Part shown: one piece after another, positions 30,117 to 41,254 of the stretch
Numbering within the stretch: position 1 is the stretch's first letter
Layout of the letters: each line of letters starts with the position of its first letter
From: a bacterium
GTDB lineage: Bacteria; JAGOBX01; DAONJL01
Assembly (NCBI GenBank): GCA_035405645.1
Contig: DAONJL010000002.1
Span: 68,701 to 132,700 of the forward strand
DNA length: 64,000 nucleotides
Reading direction: 5' to 3'
Program-made: the position numbers and the translations under genes
The notes under the pieces: generated by a model
The model's input: only the letters and a program-made list of their open reading frames with translations
The model's database searches: none
What the model was told of the DNA's origin: nothing

Positions 30117-30871
30117 TCTTTAATCACCTCTTTTGCTAATGATATATACGCTAATGCACCTTTTGATGTTATATCATATTCTATTATTGATTTTCCATAC
30201 GAAGGCGCTTCACTTAATTTAACATTTCTAGGTATAACTGTTTTAAAAACTAAATCTTTATAAAAATTTCTAACTTCTTCTTCTACTTCATAAGATATAT
30301 TTGTTCTAACATCGAACATTGTTAAAAGTATTCCTTCTATATTTATCTCTTTATTTAAATTTTTTTTTACTAATTCTATTGTTTTCATTAATTCAGTTAA
30401 ACCTTCAAGAGCATAATATTCTGTTTGTAAAGCAATAATAACACTATTTGATGCTGTTAATGCATTTAATGTTAATATTCCTAATGATGGTGGACAATCA
30501 ATAATTATAAAATCATATTTTTCTATAATTGCTGAAATATTGTCTTTTAAAATATAATTCTTATCTTCAAATTCTAATAATTCTATTTGAGCTCCATTTA
30601 ATTCATTATTTGAGGGTATTATATCTAAATTTTCTAAAGATGTCTTTAAAATTACTTCCTCTATTTTTATTTTTCCTAATAATAATTCATAAATTGATTT
30701 AGATATAGAATTTTTATCTATTCCTAATCCACTTGTAGCATTTCCTTGTGGATCAATATCAATTAATAATATTTTTCGGTTTAAAATAGATAAAGCTGCT
30801 GATAAATTTACTGCTGTTGTAGTTTTTCCTACTCCACCTTTTTGATTTGCTATTGTAATAATTTTTTTCAT
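30113..30871 (-). CDS. parA: ParA/Soj partitioning ATPase.
   Basis: IANQKGGVGKTTTAVNL is the deviant Walker A, and IIDCPPSLG is also present. Confidence 0.9.
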   Translation of the reverse strand: MKKIITIANQKGGVGKTTTAVNLSAALSILNRKILLIDIDPQGNATSGLGIDKNSISKSIYELLLGKIKIEEVILKTSLENLDIIPSNNELNGAQIELLEFEDKNYILKDNISAIIEKYDFIIIDCPPSLGILTLNALTASNSVIIALQTEYYALEGLTELMKTIELVKKNLNKEINIEGILLTMFDVRTNISYEVEEEVRNFYKDLVFKTVIPRNVKLSEAPSYGKSIIEYDITSKGALAYISLAKEVIKE

Positions 30872-30949
30872 AATAATAAAAATAATTGTTTCATGTGAAA
30901 CATTTTTTATCTATATTTTTTAATTATTTTATTACATTTTTTTATTTTG

Positions 30950-31650
30950 TCAAGAAAAATTTTTTATTAATTTTTTTATGTTAAAATTTTTATTTTCAAT
31001 TTTTTTAAATTTAATAATATATCTTTTAAAATTATCAAAATTAAATTCTTTAATTTGCTCTAATTTTAAACCAGTATTAAATAATAATTCATTGAATTTA
31101 TGATTATTTATATATTCAACAATCATTTTTTCAGTTAAAGAGGTTATTATTAAACTATTTTTTTTTATTAAGTATGTTGAGTATATAATTGAAATAGGAA
31201 ACTTTTTAAAAGCTCTAAATATAACAATATCAAAATCAATAGTATTGATTTTTAAATATTTATTTATATCAATATTAATAATTTCAACATTTGATAATTC
31301 TAATTTTTTTATTAAACTTTCCAAAAAGTTACATATATTTTTTTTAGAATCTAATAAATAAAGAAATATATTTGGTTTAATTATTTTAATTGGTATTCCT
31401 GGAAAACCAGCACCAGTTCCTATATCTAATACTTTAATCTTTTCATCTGAAATAAAAAAAGAATATAATAATGAATCAATGAAATCTTTTAAATATATAT
31501 CTTCAATTTTTTTATGACCACAAATATTTTTTTATGATTTATTATTATTTCATAATATTTTTCGAATATATATATTATATTTTTCTCATTATATAATTTA
31601 AATAATTTGAATTTATCATTTATTTCTTTAATTATTTCATTATAATTCAT
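30950..31650 (-). pseudogene. rsmG: 16S rRNA m7G527 methyltransferase RsmG (GidB), interrupted by a 1-nt frameshift in a T7/A7 homopolymer at 31527-31533.
   Basis: The ATG at 31650-31648 opens MNYNEIIKEI...YYEIIINHKK. The frame then breaks at the A7 run. The +1 frame continues NICGHKKIEDIYLKDFIDS...LDIGTGAGFPGIPIKI to the stop at 30950. Adding one A would give ...NHKKNICGHKK..., which aligns with the RsmG consensus WNEKINLT...YLKHFYDS. Confidence 0.6.
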
Positions 31651-33511
31651 TTTGTTTTTTTATGTAAAAAATTAAATTATTTATATCTGAAGGAGTGATT
31701 CCTGGAATTTTCAATGCTTCACTAATTGTTTTAGGTTGAATTTTATCTAATTTTTCTTTTGCTTCTTTTTTTAATGAATTTATTTTAAAATAATCAATAT
31801 TTTTTGGAATTATATAATTTTCATATTTTTTAATTTTTTCTATTTCTTTAAGTTGTTTATTTATATATCCTTGATATTTTATGGATATTTCTGCTTCATC
31901 TATTACTTCATATTTATATTTATCTTTAAAATTATTATCTAACTCAAAAATAAATTCTTTTGTTATATTTGGTCTTTTTAAAATTTCATAAAGTGATGTA
32001 CCTGTTTCTAATTTATTTTCATTAAATGAGATTAATAAATTATTTACTTTTTCATTATTTAGTGATAATTTGTAATTTTTTATTTCAATAATAAATCTTT
32101 CAATATCTTTTTCAAATTTCTCTATCTCTTTTATTTCAATTTCATTTAATAAATTTAATTTTTTCGAATATTTTAATAATCTTATATGAGTATTTGTATG
32201 TCGCAATAATAACCTAAATTCAGCTCTTGAAGTAAACATTCTATAGGGTTCATTTGTTCCTTTTAAAACTAAATCATCTATCATAACACCTGTATAAGCT
32301 TCATTTCTTTTTAATATTAAAGGTTCATTATTTAATATTTTTTGAACAGCATTTATTCCAACTATTATTCCCTGTGCACCAGCTTCCTCATAACCACTTG
32401 TTCCATTTACCTGTCCTGCAAAAAATAAATTTTCAATAATTTTTGATTCTAAAGAATGAAATAATTGAGTAGGAGGAAAAAAATCATATTCAATAGCATA
32501 CCCTGGCCTTAATATTTCAATATTTTCTAAACCTTTAATAGTTTTTAAATACTTATATTGTATTTCAAGTGGTAAACTTGTTGACAAACCATTTGGATAA
32601 TATTCAGTTGTATTTCTACCAAGAGGTTCTAAAAAAACTTGATGATAGTGACCAGGAAATTTTACGATTTTATCTTCAATTGAAGGACAATATCGTGGTC
32701 CAATTGATTTTATTTTTCCGCCATATAATGCAGATTTTAATAAATTATCTCTTATTATTTTATGAGTTTCTTCATTTGTATATGTTAAATAGCATGAAAC
32801 TTGTTCAATTTTTTTTTGTTTTGACCAAAATGAAAATAATGGCGGAGGTTCATCTCCTTCTTGTTTCTCTAATATTTCAAAATTTATTGTTTTTCCATCT
32901 ATTCTTGGTGGAGTTCCAGTTTTTAATCTTGAAACCATAATTCCATATTTTTTTAATGAATTAGATAAATATTCACAACTTATTTCTGAAATTCTTCCTC
33001 CTTTAATTGTTTTATCACCAATATGAATAATTCCATTTAAAAAAGTTCCAGCTGTAATAATAACAACTTTACAATATATCTTATGACCGTATTCAGTTAT
33101 TACACCTTTAATTTTATTATTTTCAACTATTAAATCAATTACATTATCTTGCTTTAATGTTAAATTTATATTTTTTTCTAATAATTCTTTCATAAGAGAA
33201 GAATATAACATTCTATCAGCTTGTGCTCTAATTGATTGAACAGCCGGACCTTTTTTCTTATTTAATAATCTAAATTGAATACCAGTTTCATCAATTACTT
33301 TTGCCATTAATCCTCCAAGTGCATCAATCTCTTTAACAAGATTACCTTTTGAAATACCCCCTATACAAGGATTACAAGACATTTGTGCAATAGTATCTAA
33401 ATGATGAGTAATAAGTAATACTTTGCAGCCTAATTTTGCAGAAATATTAGCCGCTTCACAACCTGCATGACCAGCACCAATAACTATTATATCATAATCT
33501 AAATTACTCAT
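31640..33511 (-). CDS. mnmG: tRNA uridine 5-carboxymethylaminomethyl modification enzyme MnmG (GidA).
   Basis: YDIIVIGAGHAGCEAA is the FAD-binding motif. Length is 623 aa and GidA-family motifs run throughout. Confidence 0.9.
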   Translation of the reverse strand: MSNLDYDIIVIGAGHAGCEAANISAKLGCKVLLITHHLDTIAQMSCNPCIGGISKGNLVKEIDALGGLMAKVIDETGIQFRLLNKKKGPAVQSIRAQADRMLYSSLMKELLEKNINLTLKQDNVIDLIVENNKIKGVITEYGHKIYCKVVIITAGTFLNGIIHIGDKTIKGGRISEISCEYLSNSLKKYGIMVSRLKTGTPPRIDGKTINFEILEKQEGDEPPPLFSFWSKQKKIEQVSCYLTYTNEETHKIIRDNLLKSALYGGKIKSIGPRYCPSIEDKIVKFPGHYHQVFLEPLGRNTTEYYPNGLSTSLPLEIQYKYLKTIKGLENIEILRPGYAIEYDFFPPTQLFHSLESKIIENLFFAGQVNGTSGYEEAGAQGIIVGINAVQKILNNEPLILKRNEAYTGVMIDDLVLKGTNEPYRMFTSRAEFRLLLRHTNTHIRLLKYSKKLNLLNEIEIKEIEKFEKDIERFIIEIKNYKLSLNNEKVNNLLISFNENKLETGTSLYEILKRPNITKEFIFELDNNFKDKYKYEVIDEAEISIKYQGYINKQLKEIEKIKKYENYIIPKNIDYFKINSLKKEAKEKLDKIQPKTISEALKIPGITPSDINNLIFYIKKQNEL

Positions 33512-33534
33512 AAAAAAAGTTTCATGTGAAACAA

Positions 33535-34749
33535 TTAATAAAAATTACTAATAAATGATTTCATTTTTTCAATAATTTTATCAAAGAAAGAAATATCATC
33601 ATTTTCTTTTAAAATTAATTCATAACCATATAAAATTAAACCAATAGCAGAAGAAAACTTAGGAGTTACTGAAAAAGAAGAATTATTTTTAATTTTAGGA
33701 ACTCCTAATCTTGCTGGTAAACCAAATACACTTTCACAAACAGGAATCATACCTTTCATTTGAGAAGCACCACCAGTTAAAACAATACCACCATATATTA
33801 AATTTATTAATTTAGTGTCATCAACAATTTTTTTTAATAATTCAAAAATTTCTATAACTCTTGCATTTATAATATTACAAAAATCCTTATAATAAAATAA
33901 TCTTGTTTCATTTTCATTCAAAAGTGGAACTTCAATTGTATCTTTATCTGAAATTTCATCAACAAAAGCATTTCCATATTTAAGTTTCAAATGTTCAGCC
34001 TGTGTAAAATGGATTTTTAAAACATTTGAAATATCTTTGGTAATATGATAACCACCTAATGCTAGAAGTTGAATATGTTTAAGCCCACCATGAGTATAAA
34101 TAACAATATTTGAAGTTTTATCACCAATATCAATAATAATAACACCTCGATTTTTTTCATCTTCCGTTAATAAAGAAATTGATGCAGCAAAAGGATTAAT
34201 AATAAAATTTATAACATTTAATCCAGCTTTTTTAAAACAATTTAAAATATTTTGAACAGAATTAATTAAGCCAGTTATAATATGAACTTCAACGCTTAAT
34301 TTTTCAGCAGATAAACCAATAGGATTTTTAATTCCATCATTATTATTTACTTTATAAGATAATGGGATAATTTGTAAAATTTCTAAATCAGGTGGAATAT
34401 TTATAGTTGTAGCATGTCTTAAAACTAAATCAACATCATCTTGATTGATTGGTCTATCATTTGGTATAGCAATTGTTCCTGAACTATTTATATTTCTAAT
34501 ATGGCCACCAGATATACCAACAAAAACATCTGGAATATGTTTTCCAATCATTTTTTCAGCTTTTTCATTTATTTTTATTATAGATTCAACAGCTTTCTCA
34601 ACATTAACAACAGTTCCAACAGAAAAGCCTTCTGAATTTTCTTCTAATAAACCAACTAATTCAATTTGATTATCATCTTTAATTTCGCCAATTGCCATTT
34701 TTAATGTATTACTACCAACATCAATTCCACAAATAATATTATCATACAT
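33535..34749 (-). CDS. ftsA: Cell division protein FtsA.
   Basis: It has the actin-fold phosphate loops (GIDVGSNTLKMAI, IIDIGDKTSNIVIY, LTGGASQM) and sits immediately downstream of ftsQ. Confidence 0.85.
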   Translation of the reverse strand: MYDNIICGIDVGSNTLKMAIGEIKDDNQIELVGLLEENSEGFSVGTVVNVEKAVESIIKINEKAEKMIGKHIPDVFVGISGGHIRNINSSGTIAIPNDRPINQDDVDLVLRHATTINIPPDLEILQIIPLSYKVNNNDGIKNPIGLSAEKLSVEVHIITGLINSVQNILNCFKKAGLNVINFIINPFAASISLLTEDEKNRGVIIIDIGDKTSNIVIYTHGGLKHIQLLALGGYHITKDISNVLKIHFTQAEHLKLKYGNAFVDEISDKDTIEVPLLNENETRLFYYKDFCNIINARVIEIFELLKKIVDDTKLINLIYGGIVLTGGASQMKGMIPVCESVFGLPARLGVPKIKNNSSFSVTPKFSSAIGLILYGYELILKENDDISFFDKIIEKMKSFISNFY

Positions 34750-34766
34750 AAATATTCCTCCAACTT

Positions 34767-35567
34767 TTATTTAAATGAAATAACTGGTTCATTAAAACGC
34801 AAATCAATATAATTTATTTTAGTATAATCAACTTTATCTATTATATCTTTAAATAAATTAAACTTAATAATTAAATTAAATTTATTCAATTTTACAAATA
34901 ATTGATAATAATTTACATAAATAATAATTTCATTATCAGAAATATAATAAATTTCTGAAACAGAAAAATCATTTTTATTAGAAAGAAAATCTAAAAATAA
35001 CAAAATATAAGATAATTTTTCATCTAAAACATTATTATATATTAATTTTTCAATATTTGAAATAATTGGTAAATCAATAAATTCATTATTTACTTTATCA
35101 AAAATTATACCGCTACAATCAATAAGTTTAATATCATTATATATTTTTATGCACCCAATAGGTTTTCTTTCTATAACTTTAAAATGCAAAATTGAAGGAT
35201 AAACTTTTGAAATATCAATTTGTAAAAATCTATCAGATTTTGAAAAAATATATTTTTTTAAATCATTCAAATCTAATAATAATAAATTTGGTTTATTGGA
35301 AATATATTTATTTTTAAAATAATCAGAAATAAGCAAATAAAAATAATCTTTTGGAATATAATACAAATTATCAATACGAATATCCTTAACAGAAAAATAA
35401 TCTGATTTAATAGCATAATAATATAATTTTTTACCAGAAAAAAATAATAAAAAAATAATAAAAATTAAAAATAATAAATCTAATAAATTAGCAGAAAATA
35501 AAAATGAAAAATTAAATAATGATTTTTTATTTTTATTTAAATAATTTAAATCATTAAAATTATTCAT
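34767..35567 (-). CDS. ftsQ: FtsQ/DivIB-like cell division protein (single TM plus a POTRA-like region).
   Basis: N-terminal TM (LLDLLFLIFIIFLLFF) followed by FSVKDIRIDNLYYIPKDYF, which is POTRA-like. It lies between ddl and ftsA. Confidence 0.55.
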   Translation of the reverse strand: MNNFNDLNYLNKNKKSLFNFSFLFSANLLDLLFLIFIIFLLFFSGKKLYYYAIKSDYFSVKDIRIDNLYYIPKDYFYLLISDYFKNKYISNKPNLLLLDLNDLKKYIFSKSDRFLQIDISKVYPSILHFKVIERKPIGCIKIYNDIKLIDCSGIIFDKVNNEFIDLPIISNIEKLIYNNVLDEKLSYILLFLDFLSNKNDFSVSEIYYISDNEIIIYVNYYQLFVKLNKFNLIIKFNLFKDIIDKVDYTKINYIDLRFNEPVISFK

Positions 35568-35569
35568 AA

Positions 35570-36505
35570 TTATATAGCGTAATATAAAATATTTAAAACT
35601 AAATTTTCATAAGATATATCAATTGCTTTTGCAGCTTTTGGTAACAAACTTGTTTCAGTAAATCCTGGTATTGTATTTATTTCTAAATAAAATAAATTTT
35701 GATTTTTTTCATCATAAATTATATCAATTCTACTCATTCCGGAACAATCGAATATTTTAAATATTTTAGAACAATCAATAAAAATCTTCTCTTTTATAAA
35801 TTCTGGAATTTCTGCTGGAACAATAAAATCAGTCAAACCTTTTGTATATTTTGCCTCATAATCAAAATATTTATTTTTTGGTTTTATTTCAATTATTGGT
35901 AGATTTATTATTTTATTTTTTGTTCCAATTATACCAGCAGTTAATTCACGACCTGAAATATATTTCTCAATCACCAATTCATCACAATACTGAAAGCCTT
36001 TTTCTATACCGTCATAATACTCTTTTTCATTGAATGCAATTGTTAATCCTATACTTGAACCTTCAGTATCTGGTTTAATTACCAGTGGCAAATCAAATGG
36101 TAAATAAATATTTTCATTTTTATTTATGACGACAAAATCAGGTGTTGTAATATTATTTGCTTTAAAAACATATTTAGTAAATTTTTTACTCATTGTAATA
36201 GCACTACATAATGGTCCGCAACCAGTATATTTAATTTTATGAAATTCAAGCATTGATTGAATTGTCCCATCTTCACCATATTTCCCATGCAAAGCAATAA
36301 AAGCAAGAGTAACTTTATCATTTAATAATTCATTGATCGTATTAAAATTAAAATCATATAATTTATGTTTTATTTTTAAATTGTTTAATGCATTACTAAT
36401 TCCTTTACCTGTTTTTAATGATATTTCTCGCTCAGATGATAAACCACCATAAATAACAGCAATATTTTCTTTTGAAACTAATTTTAATTTTTCTTCAAAA
36501 TTCAT
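35570..36505 (-). CDS. ddl: D-alanine--D-alanine ligase.
   Basis: IAVIYGGLSSEREISLKTG, plus ATP-grasp motifs (ALHGKYGEDGTIQ; EINTIPGFT). Confidence 0.9.
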   Translation of the reverse strand: MNFEEKLKLVSKENIAVIYGGLSSEREISLKTGKGISNALNNLKIKHKLYDFNFNTINELLNDKVTLAFIALHGKYGEDGTIQSMLEFHKIKYTGCGPLCSAITMSKKFTKYVFKANNITTPDFVVINKNENIYLPFDLPLVIKPDTEGSSIGLTIAFNEKEYYDGIEKGFQYCDELVIEKYISGRELTAGIIGTKNKIINLPIIEIKPKNKYFDYEAKYTKGLTDFIVPAEIPEFIKEKIFIDCSKIFKIFDCSGMSRIDIIYDEKNQNLFYLEINTIPGFTETSLLPKAAKAIDISYENLVLNILYYAI

Positions 36506-36519
36506 AAATATTCACTCCT

Positions 36520-37371
36520 TTATATAATTTCAATTTCTAATTCTAATTCTCTATTAAACATATCTTTAACTTTTTTTTTAGCAATAGAAACTAATTCAAT
36601 AAAATCATCAAATTTACCAGCACCATAATTTACAATAAAATTAGAATGTATTTCAGAAAAACCAACATCATTAATTCTAAATCCTTTTAAACCAGTTTTT
36701 TCTAATAAAAGAGCAGCAGGGCAATCAGAAAAATTTTTAAAAACAGAACCAGCATTTTTAAATTTTATTGGTTGTGTTTTTAATCTATGTTTCATATTTT
36801 TTTTTAATTCAGAAACAATATTTTCTTTAGCATATTTTTTATAATTAAGCATACCACTTAAAATAATATACTTTTTATTATGTTTAAAATAAGAATCTCT
36901 ATAATTAAAAAACAAATCATTTTTAGAAAATTCAATTATTTTATCATCACTTAAATCCAGACATTCAACAGAAAAAATAAAATCAGAAATAGAAAAACCA
37001 AAAGCACCTGCATTATTACAAATAAGTCCAGCAAAAGTAGCAGGAATACCAATTAACCATTCAAAATTTGAAATATTATTTTTAATAAAAAAATTTATCA
37101 TTTTATTCACTTGACATCCAGCAAAAATTTTAATATAATGGTTAAAAATATATATTTTTTCAAATTCACCTGTTAATTTTATAATTTCTAAATCATAGTA
37201 TTTATCTTTAAAAATTAAATTTGAACCATTACCAATAATAAAAAAATTTTTACTTATTTTTAAATACTCATATAATTCATCTATTGAAAAAATTTCAATA
37301 TATTTTTTTACAATTCCGCCAATTGAAATTGTTGTTAATTTTTTTAAAGAATAATCATAATAAATTTTCAT
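36520..37371 (-). CDS. murB: UDP-N-acetylenolpyruvoylglucosamine reductase.
   Basis: The N-terminal FAD-binding region TTISIGGIVKKYIEI...IIGNGSNLIF and a 283 aa length typical of MurB. Confidence 0.8.
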   Translation of the reverse strand: MKIYYDYSLKKLTTISIGGIVKKYIEIFSIDELYEYLKISKNFFIIGNGSNLIFKDKYYDLEIIKLTGEFEKIYIFNHYIKIFAGCQVNKMINFFIKNNISNFEWLIGIPATFAGLICNNAGAFGFSISDFIFSVECLDLSDDKIIEFSKNDLFFNYRDSYFKHNKKYIILSGMLNYKKYAKENIVSELKKNMKHRLKTQPIKFKNAGSVFKNFSDCPAALLLEKTGLKGFRINDVGFSEIHSNFIVNYGAGKFDDFIELVSIAKKKVKDMFNRELELEIEII

Positions 37372-37376
37372 AAAAA

Positions 37377-38765
37377 TTATTTGTATTTTTTCATTAATTC
37401 AGTTGCAATTATTTCACCAACTTTCCAGATATTACCTGCACCAATAGTTAAAATCACAGAATTAGGTTTAATATTATTTAATACATAATTTACAATTTCA
37501 GAATGTTCAGAAATATATTCAATATTTTTAAAGCCAGATTTTTTTATATATTTTATAATCAAATTTGAATCAACATTTTCTATTGGTTTTTCAGAAGCAG
37601 CATAAATATCAGTAATGATAATCTCATCAGCATATTTAAAAGCTCTACCAAAATCTTTTGCTAATAATAATGTTCGAGTATATCTATGCGGCTGAAAAAT
37701 ACATATAATTTTTTTATCTGGATATGATAATCTTGCTGCTTCAACAGTATTATAAATTTCTGTTGGATGATGTCCATAATCATCAATAATTAAAATATTA
37801 TTTACATTACACTTAATTTGAAATCTTCTTTGAACGCCTTTATAAGTTAATAATGTTTCTTTAATCAAATCAAAATTAACAGAAAAAATTTGAGAAACAG
37901 TAATAGCACCGAGCACATTAAGAATATTATATTTCCCTGGTAAATTAAGTTTTATTCTTCCTAATAATTTACCAAAATAATAAACATCAAAAGAAGAAGA
38001 AGATTCATTAAATACAATATTTTTTGCATATATATTTGCATTTTCAGAAAAACCATAAGTAAAAACTTTTTTATTAATATCTTTTATAATACTTGTAGCA
38101 TTTTTATCTTCAATACAAATTACAACACAACCATAAAAAGGAACTTTATTAGCAAATTCAATAAAACTATTTTTAATATTATCAAAAGTTTTATAATAAT
38201 CAAGATGATCATTATCAATATTAGTAATAACAGAAACAATAGGAAATAATTTTAAAAAAGAGCCATCACTTTCATCTGCTTCAGTAACAAGAATATCGCT
38301 TTTTCCTAATTTTGCATTAGAACCAATACTATTTATTTTTCCACCAACAACAAAAGTAGGATCAAAACCAGCAGCTGATAAAATTAAAGAAATAAGAGAA
38401 GTTGTTGTTGTTTTTCCATGACAACCTGCAATTGCAATACTATATTTTAATCTCATAAGTTCAGCTAACATTTCAGCTCGAGAAATAACAGGTATTCGAT
38501 TTTTTTTTGCATATATTAATTCTGGATTATCTTCTTTAATAGCAGAAGATAAAACAACAACATCCACATTTTTTAAATTTTGAGCTGAATGTCCAATATA
38601 TATTTCAATACCAATTTTTTTTAAATGAGTTACATAATCATTTTCATATAAATCAGAGCCTGAAATTTTCCAGCCAAGATTATGTAAAACTTCTGCAATT
38701 CCACTCATTCCAACGCCACCAATACCAACGAAATGAACTTTATTTATATTTATTCTATTAAACAT
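37377..38765 (-). CDS. murC: UDP-N-acetylmuramate--L-alanine ligase.
   Basis: VHFVGIGGVGMSGIAEVLHNLGWKISGSD and the Mur ligase P-loop IAIAGCHGKTTTTS. Confidence 0.9.
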   Translation of the reverse strand: MFNRININKVHFVGIGGVGMSGIAEVLHNLGWKISGSDLYENDYVTHLKKIGIEIYIGHSAQNLKNVDVVVLSSAIKEDNPELIYAKKNRIPVISRAEMLAELMRLKYSIAIAGCHGKTTTTSLISLILSAAGFDPTFVVGGKINSIGSNAKLGKSDILVTEADESDGSFLKLFPIVSVITNIDNDHLDYYKTFDNIKNSFIEFANKVPFYGCVVICIEDKNATSIIKDINKKVFTYGFSENANIYAKNIVFNESSSSFDVYYFGKLLGRIKLNLPGKYNILNVLGAITVSQIFSVNFDLIKETLLTYKGVQRRFQIKCNVNNILIIDDYGHHPTEIYNTVEAARLSYPDKKIICIFQPHRYTRTLLLAKDFGRAFKYADEIIITDIYAASEKPIENVDSNLIIKYIKKSGFKNIEYISEHSEIVNYVLNNIKPNSVILTIGAGNIWKVGEIIATELMKKYK

Positions 38766-38768
38766 AAT

Positions 38769-39893
38769 TTACATCTCTCTTGAAATATTTATTAAAATTC
38801 CTGCACTAAATAAAAAAACAATAAGTGAAGAACCCCCATAACTAATAAAAGGCAGAGTAATACCAGTAGTTGGAAATACACCAGTAACAACAGCAATATT
38901 AATAATAAAATGAAAAGTAAGAATAAAAGTAAAACCAATAGCGAATATAAAATTAAATGGATTATTTATATTATTATATGCAATTTTAAAACCTCTATAA
39001 ATAATAAACAAATAAATAAAAATAATAAACAAAGCACCAATTAAACCTACTTCTTCACAAATAATTGAAAAAATAAAATCAGTATGTGCTTCAGGCAAAT
39101 AACCACTTTTTAAAATACTATTACCAATTCCCTGACCAAGAATGCCTCCACGACTGATTGCAAAATAAGATTGAATAATATGATAACCTTTATCAAGAGG
39201 GTCAGCCCAAGGATTTAAAAAAGCAATAATTCTTCGCATACGATAAGGTGATAAATATAAAAAAATTCCGCCTAAAATAAACATTAGTATTAAAGAAAAA
39301 ATAATATAAGATAATCTAAAACCCATTATATATAGTAATGAAATTGATAAAGTAAAAAAAAGAATAGTTGTACTAAAATCAGGTTCTTTCACGATTAATA
39401 AAGAAACAAATAATGTTATAATAAAAAAAATCAAAAAATATTTTTTTTGAAAATCATTATTATAAAACATATAATGTTTTTTTTCAAAAAAATAAGCATA
39501 AAAAAATATTAATGTAATTTTTACAATTTCAGAAGGTTGTAATTTAAAAAATTTAAGATTTATCCAGCGAAAAGCACCACCACTTTTAACTCCTATTTTA
39601 GGTATAAACACTAAAAAAAGTAAAATAATAGAAACAAAAAATAATAGACCAGAATATTTTTTAAATTTATACAAATTCAAAAAAGATGAAGAATAAATAA
39701 AAAGAATTAAACCAATTAAAATATTAACTAATTGTCTTTTTAAAAAATAATTTTCATCATGAACTTTTTTATAAGCTTCAATTGAACTTGCACTATATAT
39801 AAAAATTAAACCAATAAAGATAATCAGAATGATAGCAAGCATAAGGAAAAAATCATATTCTGAATTTATAAACATTTTTAATAATTTTCTCAT
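38769..39893 (-). CDS. ftsW: SEDS-family peptidoglycan glycosyltransferase (FtsW/RodA).
   Basis: A 10-TM topology with the conserved PEAHTDFIFS and GQG motifs. The position between murD and murC supports FtsW. Confidence 0.75.
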   Translation of the reverse strand: MRKLLKMFINSEYDFFLMLAIILIIFIGLIFIYSASSIEAYKKVHDENYFLKRQLVNILIGLILFIYSSSFLNLYKFKKYSGLLFFVSIILLFLVFIPKIGVKSGGAFRWINLKFFKLQPSEIVKITLIFFYAYFFEKKHYMFYNNDFQKKYFLIFFIITLFVSLLIVKEPDFSTTILFFTLSISLLYIMGFRLSYIIFSLILMFILGGIFLYLSPYRMRRIIAFLNPWADPLDKGYHIIQSYFAISRGGILGQGIGNSILKSGYLPEAHTDFIFSIICEEVGLIGALFIIFIYLFIIYRGFKIAYNNINNPFNFIFAIGFTFILTFHFIINIAVVTGVFPTTGITLPFISYGGSSLIVFLFSAGILINISREM

Positions 39894-41254
39894 AATGCAA
39901 TAACTAATTCTTTAAATTTTTTTCCTCTATCTTCGAAATTTTCAAACATATCAAAACTTGCGCATGCTGGTGAAAATAATACAATATCATTTTCTTTTGC
40001 TAAATTATATGCTTTATTTACTACTTCAAACAAGGTATCACAAATAAAATAATTTTCTTTTAAGTTTAATTCTTTTAAAATTATCTCTTTTGCTTCTCCA
40101 AATAAAATTACATATTTTACTTTTTCTTTTATAATATTTGCTAAAATACTAAAATCAAGACCTTTATTTCTTCCACCTAAAATAAGAATAATATTATTAT
40201 TAAAAGCATTTAATGCAGTTAAAGTTGCCATTGGCGTAGTTGATTTTGAATCATTATAAAAAGAAACATTTTTTATTTTTCTTACAAACTCCAATCTATG
40301 TTCTAATCCTTTAAAATTTTCTACTGTTTTCTTTATAACATTTTCATTTATATTAAAAATAAGAGCAGCAGCAACAGCAGCACAGATATTTTCATAATTA
40401 TGTTTTCCTAATAAATTTAAATTATTAAAATTTATTTTTCCTGTTCGTTGATTTATTGAATATTCTAAATAATCTTTTATATTCATATTTACAAAATTAT
40501 TTTCAGAATAATTTATAAAAATTTTATTTATTGGTTTTTGAATGAAATTTTTTAAGTTTGAATTTATTACAAGATAATCATTTATACTTTGATTTTTTAT
40601 AAGTCCTAATTTAGAATTTCTATAATCTTCAAATGAACTATATCTATCTAAATGATTTGGATAAACATTAAGAATTATACTAATGTAAGGATGAAAAGAA
40701 AAAAGAGTATCAATTTGAAAACTACTTAATTCTAATACAACAATAGAATTTGATTTTATTTCATTAACAAAATTAATAAAAGGAAAACCAATATTTCCAG
40801 CAACAATTGTATGAAAACCAGCATTTTTAAATATTTCACCAGTTAATGTTGTTGTTGTTGATTTACCATTTGAACCAGTAATAGCAATAATCTTTGCTTC
40901 TTTATTACAAAACTGATAAGCCAACTCTATTTCACCAATATATTTTTTCTTTGCTTTTTGAATTTCAATTACAATATTTGAATTTAAAGGCACACCAGGA
41001 CTTAAAACAATTAAATCAGAATTTAAAATTTTATTTAAAGTATGTTTACCAGTTTCATATTCAATTTGATTTTTTTTTAACAATTGAATAAATTCAGAAT
41101 CTTCACTAATAAAAGAATAATCACTAATAAAAACATTAAAATTTTTTTGTTTTAAAAAAATAGCAGATGAAACGCCTGAGCGTGCAATACCAATAATAGA
41201 AATATTTTTAACATTCTCAAACATAAAAAAATTATTGAAATTTAACAGTTGCAA
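39890..41254 (-). CDS. murD: UDP-N-acetylmuramoylalanine--D-glutamate ligase.
   Basis: IGIARSGVSSAIFL at the N-terminus and the Mur ligase P-loop ITGSNGKSTTTT. Confidence 0.85.
   Translation of the reverse strand: MQLLNFNNFFMFENVKNISIIGIARSGVSSAIFLKQKNFNVFISDYSFISEDSEFIQLLKKNQIEYETGKHTLNKILNSDLIVLSPGVPLNSNIVIEIQKAKKKYIGEIELAYQFCNKEAKIIAITGSNGKSTTTTLTGEIFKNAGFHTIVAGNIGFPFINFVNEIKSNSIVVLELSSFQIDTLFSFHPYISIILNVYPNHLDRYSSFEDYRNSKLGLIKNQSINDYLVINSNLKNFIQKPINKIFINYSENNFVNMNIKDYLEYSINQRTGKINFNNLNLLGKHNYENICAAVAAALIFNINENVIKKTVENFKGLEHRLEFVRKIKNVSFYNDSKSTTPMATLTALNAFNNNIILILGGRNKGLDFSILANIIKEKVKYVILFGEAKEIILKELNLKENYFICDTLFEVVNKAYNLAKENDIVLFSPACASFDMFENFEDRGKKFKELVIAL

Noticed and set aside
30950-31324. 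Treating the 124-aa ORF as a separate small gene
   Set aside because: The track ORF begins at an in-frame TTG. The open frame continues upstream to 31525 and encodes the RsmG SAM-binding motif GTGAGFPG. It is the C-terminal part of a frameshifted rsmG, not an independent gene.
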